Part shown: positions 47,320 through 58,658 of the stretch, one piece after another
Position numbering within the stretch: position 1 is the first letter of the stretch
How the letters are laid out: every line of letters starts with the position of its first letter
Origin: Anthoceros angustus
Taxonomy: Eukaryota > Plantae > Anthocerotophyta
NCBI GenBank assembly: GCA_010909165.1
Contig: MU008184.1
Coordinates: 496,001 to 560,000, forward strand
DNA: 64,000 bases
Direction: 5' to 3'
Program-made: the position numbers and the translations under genes
The notes under the pieces: model-generated
Seen by the model: only the letters and a program-made list of their open reading frames with translations
Told to the model about the DNA's origin: nothing
The model's database searches: none

Positions 47320-49050
47320 TGCATGCATTGCATGCTTCACGCAATCTCCTGTTGCATGCATTACCGAAGCCAATAATTAAGAGCTGCTTAGAGAAGACTC
47401 TTAATGATAAGAGATTTCTAAGAAATGCATGCATACTTCATGCAATCTCTTGTTGCAAGCATTACCCGTAGCCACTAATCAAGAGCTGCCTAGAGAGGAC
47501 TCTTAATGATAAGAGGTTTCCAAGAATTTCCGGGGTTAGCAGTAGCTTAATAGTTGAGCCAAGCCACGCATTAGAGCTAGGGCTTAGAAGCATCAATCAA
47601 TCATTCATTCTAAGCTTGTGAGATATATAAGGGCTAGAACAAGGGCTTAGAGCCATCAATCATTCACTCATTCTACGGTACAAGCCTTGTGTTGAGAGAT
47701 TCTACGCTGCAAGCCTTGTGTTAAGAGAGTTGTGGACAACCGTTAGTGAGCGTGAGCTTGCCATTGAGAGGGAGAGCTATCAATGAGCTTGTCATTGAGT
47801 CAAGTGCACGAGCTGCTAGTGAGCTTGTCATTGAGTCAAGGGCGAGAGCTACTAGAGAGCTTGTCATTGAGTCAAGGGCAATAGCCAGTTGGACGTATAG
47901 TTAGACTCAAGTGGTTCAAGGGCAGTAACGAGTTGGGTGTAGAGTTAGACACAAGTGATTCAAGGGCAAAACAAGTTGGGGGTTGCAGAGTTGTGTTGAG
48001 AGAGCTGTGGAGAGCCGTTAGTGAGCTTGTCATTGAGTAACGGAGAGCTGCTAGTGAGCTTATCATTGAGTCAAGGGCAGTAGCCAGTTGGATGTAGAGT
48101 TAGACTCAAGTGATTCAAGGGCAATAATCAATTGGCTGTAGAGTTAGACACAAATGATTCAAGGGCATAACAAGTTGGGCGTAGAGTTAGAAGTGTATTA
48201 TTTGAATAAAGAGGAGTTCGACTAAAGTGATTCAAGGGCAGTAATCAACCGTTAGTGAGCTTGTCTTTGAGTAAAAGAGAGCTGCTAGTGAGCTTGTCAT
48301 TGAGTCAAGGGCAGTAGCCAATTGGACGTAGAGTTAGACTCAAGTGATTCAAGGGCAGTAATCAAGTGGTTGTAGAGTTTGACACAAATGATTCAAGGGC
48401 AGAACAAGTTGGGCGTAGAGTTAGATTCAAGTGTGTATTATGTGAATAAAGAACAGCACCACGAGGAGATGGGTATGTGAGTGTCAATTGATGGTGGGCT
48501 ACTCCTTGAGGAAGTGGTTTGCGTGTCGTTAATTGATGGTGGGTTATTCCTTGAGGACATGGTTCGCGTATCGTTAATTGACGGCGGGCTACTCCTCGAG
48601 GAGGTGGTCGAGTAGGGACGTCAAGTGATATTGATGGCGGGCTACTTGGATCCGTCCACCATCATCTACTCTGCACGTTGTAGTGCTGCGTCGTAAGCTG
48701 GAAAACACTAAGAATTGGTGCATGTCTTTTATCAAGAGTGAATTAACGAGGTCCTAGACCGCTGGAAAGCCGATACTTGTGAGCTGGAGAACGCTGAGAA
48801 TTGGTGCATGTCTTTGATCAAGAGTGAACTTACGAGTCTGCTTCCCTTGTCGTTTCTTTACTGTCCCACATCATCATGCACTTCTCTACGCCAGTCCATG
48901 AATGTCTGCAGAAGTGGGACCTACCATTTTCGTCCCAAAGGGGACGATGGCAGGAGATGATATCCGCTGCTCCATGATATGAAGCTCTCGGTACGAGAGT
49001 GAGCAAGATGATATCCGCTCCATGATATGGAGCTCTAGGTACGAGAGTTG
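47320..49050. repeat. Compound tandem-repeat block, probably LTR or non-autonomous element derived
   Basis: A ~100-bp duplication (47320-47520). Many copies of GAGCTTGTCATTGAGT and GTAGAGTTAGAC.CAAGTGATTCAAGGGCA, with a ~235-bp higher-order period (47745-48450). Four TTGATGG.GGGCTACT units (48485-48650) and further 2x repeats at 48695-48830 and 48955-49050. Confidence 0.85.
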
Positions 49051-49251
49051 GCAAGGTTTTGCCATCTCACTCAGTTTGGACCGCAGGACGCTTAGCCCTG
49101 CAGCTATTCCCTCCATCCACACCCACCTTCTTTAGTCTCTGAAACCAACACTAAAGAGCTACTTAGAGTTGCATGCCTTCAATGTTTTGTAACTAGAGCA
49201 AAACTTTAGGTGATTTAAAAGGTCACGGAGAGGTTCGTTATTTGCAAGCTT

Positions 49252-50846
49252 TTAGGTTTCTCCAGGAATGTTTGCTGATTTTGCCCTGGCAGCCACGAAG
49301 ACAGAGCCCTTGTCGCCTCGCCCAATGCGGAAATTGGCATCCAAGTAGGTTGTGTCCACCCATCTGTCCAAGGCCAGCTACAGTAAATTCGCCTGAAAAA
49401 GGAGGGCATCGTTTGTAATTCGGGAGCTTACCCTTTCGGGCTGACCCAGGTCAGAGATATGGTAGGAGACTTCCACCCGCCAAGCTTCACATCGAAGTTG
49501 TCGAAGGTCACGTTCAGTCTCACAGCGCCCTTGCTTGTTGCTGGGGCCTTTACTGCCCGCCCCCTGATCGTTAACGAGCCTGCAGGGAGATAAGAGTTAA
49601 ACTGAAGTCAAGAAAAAGGGCATGAACTAACACATAACAATGATTGATCGACTGGTCGCTTGGACCACTGGGACTTACCAGTCACACAGAAGATGGTGAA
49701 GTCTGCAATGTTTGCTGCAGTTCCCTTGGCAGTATCGATGATCTGGCATGAGCAACAGAACATACCATCTGAATCTATGTTCGTTAAGCACGATGAAATT
49801 AAAAACTCTTCTAGGTTTAAGGGTGTACCTGAGAGCTCCTTGTCTGCCTTACAGACCCTAATGCAAGAGGCTTCAACGTGTACAAGAACGGACCTTCCTC
49901 CACGCCAGCAAATTTGTCCACTGGCTCATCTACACATAAACATCCCAGCAAATTGTGCATAAAATGGTCCCCCTCCCCTGATGAATACAGCCAAGAGTGA
50001 TATAACAGAGCAGGAGAATGTCACTAGGATACCGTCAATAGGTGCCGTATACAGAGATGACCAAAGACCTGACAGTAATGGAGAATTGATGGGGTCCGAT
50101 GTGGGGTTCAAGTCTTCCAAATCCTACAAGAGACAAAGGCTTCACTTCAAGCACGTATATTTTGTCGCTCATACACGTTACCTCACGCATGACAGCTCAA
50201 TGCCGTTGCAGAATATTCATAGCAAGAAGCACTTGCCTGGATAATGCTTAAAATTCTCCTCCTCTGATCAGGTGTTGTGGCCTGAAACGAGGCCAGATCA
50301 AGAAGAGCTTTCAGAAAGCCATAGGTAGAGACAGCCATCCTTCGACGCTCAAGCATGATAACTTGTGGTGATCACGATGTATGGCAGAGGCCTTCCACCA
50401 GTGCCATACATGGTGAACACCACAAGTCTAGAACCTGTGCATAACCGACGTTATGGCCACCTTGCCTCGATTTGTATTGGCCACAGCCCGTATGATCGCT
50501 TTCTTCAATTCTTCTGTACTCCCATCATTGTATGACGGGGATGTCACACACGCACCGGCTCCTGCACTACCGTCATCGATGCTCTTCCTTGTCACAACTC
50601 GGTCTCCAGGAAACTGAACCAGGTGTGCTGGGCTCTGCATCGAACATCAAAGAAAATACGAAGGTTTATCACAGGTTTTCGATCACTGACTGACAGCAGC
50701 AAAACAAACCAATCCTCATGAAGGCAAAAGGAGTTCACTATACCACTCAGTGGCAACCTCAAACTTACCTTCCAGCGTGCTAATGTTCTGCTACTGTCCG
50801 ACGGCCGTAGGAAGAGAACCCGGTCACGACTGGAACAATCCACCAT
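49252..50846 (-). CDS. Plastid lipid-associated protein / fibrillin (PAP_fibrillin), at least 8 exons; start codon uncertain
   Basis: Exons 50846-50769, 50634-50461, 50281-50237, 50123-50033, 49929-49829, 49742-49679, 49579-49432 and 49363-49252. Reads LKKAIIRAVANTNRG..DQRRRILSIIQDLEDLNPTSDPINSPLLSGLWSSLYT and ends [27 protein letters not shown]. GC donor at 50236. Confidence 0.92.
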
Positions 50847-51495
50847 AGCCCCGACCTGCACCCACTTTCAAATGGTTAGGAAAATAATGGTCAAAAATGA
50901 CCCTGCAGACAAACAACGAGAGAACAGCGCGAGATAAACCGGAACGGGGAGAAGAACAGATGCAGCCATAGCTTGAACGTGATGCCACAACCACAACAGC
51001 ACACACACCAACCTGTCCTCGGTCACCAGGAACTCGTGTGAAACCAGGAGTCCACCACGTATACCCTAACTCAGATGCTGCATCGTCGGTGGCAGTTGAG
51101 TGGGGCCTGAGCCCAGATCGTGAGAAGGATGGACGACCCAGGTCCGTTCCCGCCCCCCTTCTCTTTCCCGTCCCCTTTCTTTCTGTTTTGCCTGCCGTGA
51201 TTGCTAGTGCCTCTTTGTTTCAACAGGCTACTTCTCGCACTGTTCCTTCACATTGCCGATTCCGAAAGACGACAAGGCGATTACTATGCAACTGAATTGG
51301 GTCTCGACCGTCCCATAGTCCAGCCATGTATAGCGAATTTGGGCTCACAGCAGGTCTTGTGATTCCGCTGGTTAAAGTGAGTGCGGTAGGGTTGCGAAGA
51401 TGGTGTTACTGACGGACACGGGCACGGGCTCTTTGTGCGGCATGCACGGGGTAGTCTGACGGGACCAGAGGATCTGCGGAAGAGCGTGAATCGCG

Positions 51496-52731
51496 ATGGA
51501 GCTAGAAGGAATGCAGAACGGCACATCTGCAGTGCCATCTGCGGGGTTGTCGTCTGCGCCTGCTGCTCGGAGCAGCGAAGTGCTTTCGGACACGATCAGG
51601 CTCGAGCACCAGCTGGTGAAGGTCCCGCACGAACAGCTCAAGAGGTGCCTTAGGGCCAGCGGCCGGCTGGTGGAGAAGGAGGTGAATGCGGTGGTTGCAG
51701 GGGTGGTGGAGGCAGGGGACAGGCCCATCTCCAAGGACGAGGCGGTGCAGCACCTGACGTCGCTTGTTTCGCGGTTGCAAGGGTTGAAGCGGAAGCTGGA
51801 TGAGAGCAACAAGAGCGAGAGTGCGCAGGTGCAGAGGTCCAGGGCCAGGCTGGACCACCTTACTATGCTGAAAGTGAGCAACAAGGAGGTGCAGGCCAGG
51901 TGCAATAGCATCCGCGTGGACCGTGTTCTGGTGGACTACATGCTGCGGTCGTCCCATTATGGTACGGCGTTGAAGCTGGCAGAGTCGAATGACATCCAGG
52001 AGCTGACAGATTTTGATCTGTTTGAGGATGCCCACAAGGTAATAGATGCATTGAGTAACAGAGACTGCTCCGAGGCTCTAGCCTGGTGCAACGAGAACAA
52101 GTCCAAGCTGAAGAAATCCAAGAGCAAGCTGGAATTCAAGCTTCGGCTCCAGGAGTTCATCGAGCTGGTGCGGGCAGAGAAGATGATGGACGCCATCACG
52201 TATGCCAGGAAGCACCTGGCAGCATGGGGGTCCACCAACATGAAGGAGCTGCAGCAGGCCATGGCAACCTTAGCTTTCAGAAGCAACACCGACTGTGCAG
52301 GCTACAAGATTCTCTTTGACATGAAGCAATGGGAGAACTTGATCCAGCAGTTCAAGCAGGAGCTGTACAAGTTGTATGGTATGACCCTTGAGCCGCTTCT
52401 CAACATCCAGCTACAAGCTGGCCTGTCTGCTCTGAAGACACCGTTCTGCTACGAGGAGGGATGCACGAAGGAGGATCCTCTCTCCCAGTCCACCTTCAGG
52501 CAACTGGCGGAGCCATTGCCATTTGCGAAGCACATTCACTCCAAATTGGTATGCTTCATCTCCAAGGAGCTAATGAACGAAGACAACCCTCCTCTGGTGC
52601 TGCCAAACGGCTATGTATACAGTAAGAGGGCCTTGGAAGAGATGGCAAGAAGAAACCACGGCAGGATTGTTTGTCCTAGAACTAACTTGGAGTGTAATTT
52701 CAGTGAGCTTTCCAAGGCCTATATCTGTTAA
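51496..52731 (+). CDS. MAEA: MAEA/Gid9/Fyv10 subunit of the CTLH/GID E3 ligase, intronless
   Basis: 411-aa ORF with LEHQLVKVPHE, LisH (DRVLVDYMLR), CTLH (ALAWCNENKSKLKK..LEFKLRLQEFIEL), CRA (LQAGLSALKTP) and a degenerate RING (LPFAKHIHSKLVC..MNEDNPPLVLPNGYVYS..CPRT). Confidence 0.97.
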   Translation: MELEGMQNGTSAVPSAGLSSAPAARSSEVLSDTIRLEHQLVKVPHEQLKRCLRASGRLVEKEVNAVVAGVVEAGDRPISKDEAVQHLTSLVSRLQGLKRKLDESNKSESAQVQRSRARLDHLTMLKVSNKEVQARCNSIRVDRVLVDYMLRSSHYGTALKLAESNDIQELTDFDLFEDAHKVIDALSNRDCSEALAWCNENKSKLKKSKSKLEFKLRLQEFIELVRAEKMMDAITYARKHLAAWGSTNMKELQQAMATLAFRSNTDCAGYKILFDMKQWENLIQQFKQELYKLYGMTLEPLLNIQLQAGLSALKTPFCYEEGCTKEDPLSQSTFRQLAEPLPFAKHIHSKLVCFISKELMNEDNPPLVLPNGYVYSKRALEEMARRNHGRIVCPRTNLECNFSELSKAYIC

Positions 52732-53322
52732 CAGGATCGTGCTAGGTTCCAGCTACTTGGTAACCTGTCTTGAAATAAGAATTAAAATCTTCCTAGATGT
52801 CATTAAAGATTAGAGAATTCGTTCTCTGCGAGAAGTAGACTGAAAGCGCGGAGTACCTACTGTATAAGGTCGCCCTCGCCCCTCATGACTCTCATCAAAT
52901 ATGATCATCGGTCCTCCGCGGTCTACAGTTCGCTATATTGTAGGCAGAAGACTTGCGGAATCTATACGACTTCAACCCGGAATTGGACGTCATCGTGCGA
53001 AACGTGTATTTTCCATTTTAGGCTTTATTTGAGTGCGGAGTCTTTCATCCGCTAGAGAAAAAGTACAGAAATTTATCAGCTCAATCACATATCTGCCTCG
53101 GGAGAACATTATAGGCGGGAGGAAGTCCATCAGACTTCGCAAGCAGTATGGGTTAAAACCTACTATTCCGACAAAACGAGTCACCAGGCTGCCAGTGAAA
53201 TGAATATACGTGACCAGCTTGCCAACATCTCCGGCCACCAGCGTTCCTTCACTTGTCATGCATTTTCTGCAATCGGAGACGGAATGCATGTGTCTCAGGC
53301 AGATTAGAGTCCAGAAGGAGCA

Positions 53323-55256
53323 CTACAAATCGGAAACCCTGTGGCACTGCAATCGGAAGTCATGATCCGTCAACAAGCACCACTTCACGTGCTGCTTGAA
53401 CTGCTCCAGTGTGAACAGACTCTGTTTGGCGGTTCCAGTAGGGGGGAACGCACTTCCAGCTTGCCATACAGAGAGTGCTTCTTCCTTCCCGTTGTATAGA
53501 ACTCTGACATACAGCTGGTCTCCACTGGGGGGCTTGAGCAGCTCCACCACGATGAAGGATGCGTAAAATGGCCAAGTCTTCCATGGCGAGCCGAGGCATA
53601 CTGCAAGAGGGTCATTGTCGAGTAAAGGTGTCAATGCCCCTGCCATTGCAAGTATGACATCTTGGATTGAAGAAGAGGGGGAAGAATTAACCTGAGAGTG
53701 GAAGAATGGTCGCGTCATGGCCCGAGTATAGAAACAAGGAAGGGGTGATGGCCGTCTGGTCACGGACCTTACCCATCGCGGCTGTGATGTCTCCAAGGAG
53801 CCTCCCCATGGACAGCTGACAGATTTCTTGGTTCTGGTGGATACCGCAACGACGAGTGGAGTCAGAGGCACAGAATAATCAAGAGCAACAAGTGCACTGG
53901 TAGGGTAAGGTAAGGTAAGCAAGGGCAAGTGGGATGGACCTGAAACGTGGCCATGTAATTCCTCGCTAGTCTTTGCACAACTTCCTGTGTTTCAGTGTAG
54001 ATCACACCCGCAGGCAATGCATCACCATGGCACTTCCAACAGTTGATCACATCCATTGCCTACTCTTTCCAAACACCCGACATCAATACCAGTTTCGATT
54101 TCAACACAGCTGCTCTCACAATGCACAGGGTACAAGGCTGCTGCATCCTACCAGCAGCCAAGGAAAGAAACGAGTATCTTTAGGTAGCCCAAAGTAGAGT
54201 TGCAAAGCTTGTTTCAATCCCTGATGGAAGAAACCAAGGTCACAGATGATGAGCAAGTTGTCACGATAATGAAGAAAGCAAGCTGTCATGTCAAGCAAAC
54301 CGCCGGCTTCGTGCCTCCGGCTAAAGAAAGCACCTGATATCGTGCCTGCCAGCTGAGATTCCCATCCGGCTGCAAACTCAACTCCCTCCACTTACTTCTC
54401 CACAACTTCTGTAGTCTACATCAGTGAGAAACCACCCAGCATGAAAGCACATGGATCAGTCCAAGTGATGAGCACGACACCAAAGGTTGAAATTACTGTG
54501 AAACTACCGAGGGCAGCTCTCGTTGTTGTACAGATTCTCCTGATGCTCGGGACGCCTTGTTATGGGGACCAATGCAGCAGCTGCGGGGGACCCTAGCAGG
54601 CCTTCGAGAACGTACCACGCTGGCATGGACATGTTCACCTCAGGTAAGTGTCCGGTCAGGAGATCTCTCCAAGGTGGCAAACATTGAACAATTCCAGAGT
54701 ACCTTTACCTGTCATGTGCGTGCGCTTGTAGGTGGTGGACCTCACAGCCAGGGAGGACGACGGTTCTTCAGCAGACAACCTAAGCGACTCCCAGTAATAC
54801 CTCCTCAACCAGCTTCCAAGCTCCCGAGCCTGTCTCGCACCTGCCACCAATTCGCATTCAGGATTCAATTGCAACCGGATTGCAACGGGATTTCAACTAG
54901 CTTCCGCCCCAAAGAAGGGAAGTAAGCAACCAACCCTGTTGCGTGAGCTGGCCCCAAGGATGCTCCTGTGCATAGTAAGGCTCCAATTCCGGCATAAGAG
55001 TGGAAGCATCTTGCAGTCTGGCTGCCCACAACTCTCCATGATCCTTTTCGTTCAGGTTCCCTGGAGTTGGAGATCGATCTCCATGCCTAAACAATACATG
55101 CGCCTGGGAAGGCACCGGAACAGTAACTTCAAGCACCACATAGCGAGAATGCACCTGAACAAGTTCCAGTTGTACACCGAGATCCACAGCTACTGCCAAG
55201 AACCGAGAGAGGAATGGCAGAAAATCCAACCTGCACAGCCTGAAGCACAATTCCAT
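53323..55256 (-). CDS. Histidine acid phosphatase (His_Phos_2), copy 1, multi-exon
   Basis: Hydrophobic N-terminus; LELVQ/AHVLFRHGDRSP, GQLT..G..Q..ELG..LRRYY, RST...RT, LYSGHDATI, WPFYAS.IVVEL, YVRVLYNG. The exons join in frame through GT-AG introns. Confidence 0.9.
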
Positions 55257-56630
55257 CCACGATTGCCGGCTCGTACGGATGTGGCTCCGTCGGTTCCATT
55301 CCAGGTAGCCAATTCAAGCAGCCAGCAAGCTTGATTGGTGTCCCTGGAACTTACGTTTCTTTACCCTATAAGCTTTTTGTGGGGCCAGAATCGGATTCGC
55401 TGCAGTAAAAAGCTCAAAAGCGGCACTTGCTATGGAAGGATTCCAATTTCCAGAGGCAGAAGCTGGTGTGGGGACCATCTTTTCTGGACCCTGCCAGGTG
55501 GTGGGACAACAGGCCAGATGGGTCATGGTGCATCTTTTTCCTAGTCGAGGTCTGGCATCTGGCAGAAAATGTAGTGTCATGTGTTCCACAGCGTATTAAT
55601 CCTAATTGCTGGTTGTCAGCTGCCTGGTGAAGGGGAATTGTGGGACGTGCACGCAGGGTTTTTACAAGCGTGGCCACAAAGCATGTGGTCACATGTAATG
55701 CCCTGGTAGCTGGGCATGCAACTCATGCGCACGACCAAGAGGCCCTTCTTCTGCATGCACAAAAGGAGCAGCTGCAGGAAGGTCGGATTGGAGCTCAACC
55801 ATGTTACTTTTGCTTACCTTCTGAAGGCATGTGCGATTGCCGGTGCCTTACAGAAGGACAGGCAGATGCAGTGACAGAATGTCGAAGAGGACAGCTGCCA
55901 CACTTTGCGCACATGTATACCAAACTGTTGCTACAACCACGTCATTCTCGTGAACTCCAAAGCTAGTGTGCCTACATTTACATATGCCTGGCGGAGACCG
56001 GCAAACATCAGACTGTCCATTCCAGCAATGCCCTCTTGTTTAACGCTCCCGTAGGGATGAAGGGCTTCGAATTCCTGGCCCAAGCAGCTTCAGAAGCAAC
56101 CAGCTGTTGACCTTACCTCTGCAGAACTCTCCACGGATGCAAGCAAACTCTACGGTGGTCTTCAAGAAGACTCTAAGACTCAAGAGTTTGAAAACTTGGA
56201 ACTGTACAAGAGTTGATCCGTCTGGACTCCTTCCTGCAGCCCAGAGGACCCCTCAAAATGTAGCCGAAGAGTGACTGTGGAAGCGTTAAACTGGTTCGGT
56301 GTCGGCAACCAAGAAGAAGGCTCTGCCTGATTCTCTGATGGAAAAGTTGATCGTGTCAACCGTCCTTGGGGGCATGAAAGCTTTCACTTTTGTGTAGGAC
56401 TTCTCGTTCCCCTTGATCTCCGAATGTTTGGCCGCCTGTGCTTAAAATTTCGGCCACGGTTTTGGCACGCTTGCACCGTCCGTTTGGATCGACTCTCATT
56501 CTGTCTACAAAGGTACTGGCTCAGACAAGTGAGCAAGTGCAAGTGTCCTCGGCCATCGAGTGGAATTGATTTGCGTGAGTCTGCTCGGCAGGAGGAAGAA
56601 AATTCTAGCTGCGTGATTTCGTGCTTGGTG

Positions 56631-58265
56631 TAGAAAACCCTGCCTGGTTCTTAGATGAAAAAGTTCATGTATTGTGAAACGTGCATCAAGACTCCCCGTG
56701 GTTTGTCTTCCCACCAGATCCCTATCCAACTTGGCGTTCGCGAGGGCGACCCTTTGTCCCCAAATCTCTTTGGGTTGTATATTGATGAGTTTGAGGAATG
56801 GCTTCTTCGATCTGGCGACCCTGGTGCTCGGCTATTTCTGGAAAGTATTCCTATCCTCCTATATGCGGATGATATTGTTCTTTTATCTCATTCCCCGGAG
56901 GGCCTGCAAAAGCAACTGGATGTTTTATCCCTTTTTGTAAAACCAAGGGTCTCTTTGTCAATCTGCAAGACCAAGATTATGCGGTTCAACACTCGGGATT
57001 ACAAGGGTGATTGCAAATTTTATTATGATGGTCGGAGGTGGAGATGGTTCGATCCTATACTTATCTGGTATCACTATTTTGGTCCTAAATTTAACTGGAC
57101 CTCCTCTGCCTCCTCCCGCGCTACCAAGGGGATGGGCTCTGTCTGTGCTAGCCGTTCTTTTATCTGAGGATGAATCTTGAGGATATCAATCTTGAGCGGT
57201 TGTTCAACACTATGGTAATTCCCTCCGCCTTGTATGGCGCTGAAATTTGGGGCCGGATCTTTCCCTTCTTCTTGGGCGAAGGTGGAAAGGGTTCAATCTT
57301 CCTTTCTCCGCTCACATTGCTTGTAAGCGTTCAACTCCATTACCCATCCTCCTTTACGAATTTGCGCCTTTCCCTCGAACTTGATGGCCTTTTTCGTCTC
57401 TCATCCTTTCTTTACCGCCTCCACCTCCTTGATATTGCTAATCCCATTTTGGATCCCCTTACCTCCTCCTTGCCTTTAGGTCCTCCGCTCGCTCACGGCT
57501 CAATCTTGACCCACAAGCTTCTTTTCTTTGGCTTTCTCAAGCTGCCAAGCTTAGAAGATTCGAGTTTGAACCTTTTCGACTCCTTGGCCTCTCCCTCCTC
57601 CCAACTCCCCTTTCTCACATCCCCCAACCACTCCATTCGGGCCCTTAAATTAAGATACCTTCGCCTCACCGGTCCCCTCTTTCCTTTTCCCCTCTCACTT
57701 CTAGACTCCGCTTTTACAAAGGCAGGCTCAGTTAATCCTCCCTCAGTAAATTTCCTACCACCTTGCTACCTCGGTTCCCCCTTTCCTTCAAACTCCGCAC
57801 ACTCATAGGTCAATTTCGTGTTAGCTCCCACCACCTCCGGATTGAGACCGACCGTTGGCTCAAGCCTACCCCTCCCAAGGCGATAGGATGCAAGCTTTGC
57901 TCCTTGGATCCTGAATCTGAATCACACTTCCTCTTTTATTGTCCTGCCTATGCCGATATTCGGTCTCGTTACTCTCTTCTTTTTGAATGTGCCGGCTTCT
58001 CGCTGCGCAGATTTTTCTCTTTCCACATTCCTAGGCTCTCTGGACTATGTCTCTCTGAGCTTCTTGATCTTCGGCAGTCCTTGTTGGACTCCTTGTAGTC
58101 TTTGCCTTCTTTTCTGCTTCCCTCATACAGGTACTGCTTCTCTAGTTCAGACGTACGTAAGTGTACTCGGTTTTTAAACCTCTTTTACGCTGTACTATCT
58201 CTGTCCCATGATGGTTCTTCCATCCTTAGTGGACATAAATAAAGTTGTTGTTGTTGTTGTTGTTG
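56631..58265 (+). mobile_element. 5'-truncated LINE (RTE-X/L2-like) with (TTG)n tail
   Basis: RT motifs GVREGDPLSPNLFGLYID, LLYADDIVL, GLQKQLD, KTKIM and LYGAEIWG. C-terminal FRVSSHHLRIETDRW..CKLC..ESESHFLFYCPAY. AATAAA followed by (GTT)n to 58265. Frameshifted. Confidence 0.93.
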
Positions 58266-58397
58266 GGTGGCCCACTCAACTCTGGGAACCCCGCAATCTG
58301 CGGTTCGAGTGGCGGAAAAACCGATACCTATGTCGAAATGCGACGGGGCTCCACCTGATTGAACCCTTGGGTGGAAACTAGGGGCTTATTCGAAAGA

Positions 58398-58472
58398 ACT
58401 ACCCGCCCACATCGTAGTTGTCGCAGGTCTCACAGCGCCCTTGCCTGTTGCTGGGGCCTTTGTTGCCCGCCG
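58398..58472 (-). pseudogene. Displaced fragment of a fibrillin exon
   Basis: 'cacatcgtagttgtcgcaggtctcacagcgcccttgcctgttgctggggcctttgttgcccgcc' closely matches 49488-49562, with a small deletion. Confidence 0.8.
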
Positions 58473-58658
58473 CGTCTTGGCCCTGAAAGGCGAGGAGGTG
58501 TCCTCGGCAATAGAGTGGGATTTACTAGGTGTGTAAAGAGTTTGCGAGTCTGCTTGCAAGAGCTGCGTGATACCGTGCCTCTCCCGAAAGTGTTAAATTT
58601 CTGCCTCGCCTCTGAGATCTGACTCGCCTTCTGATGACCGGATCATCGGATCTGCCTT

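Noticed and set aside
47745-48450. Repeat/spacer-like array that could suggest CRISPR
   Set aside because: The intervening segments are short and repeat each other, there are no cas genes, and the context is eukaryotic. It is a tandem repeat.
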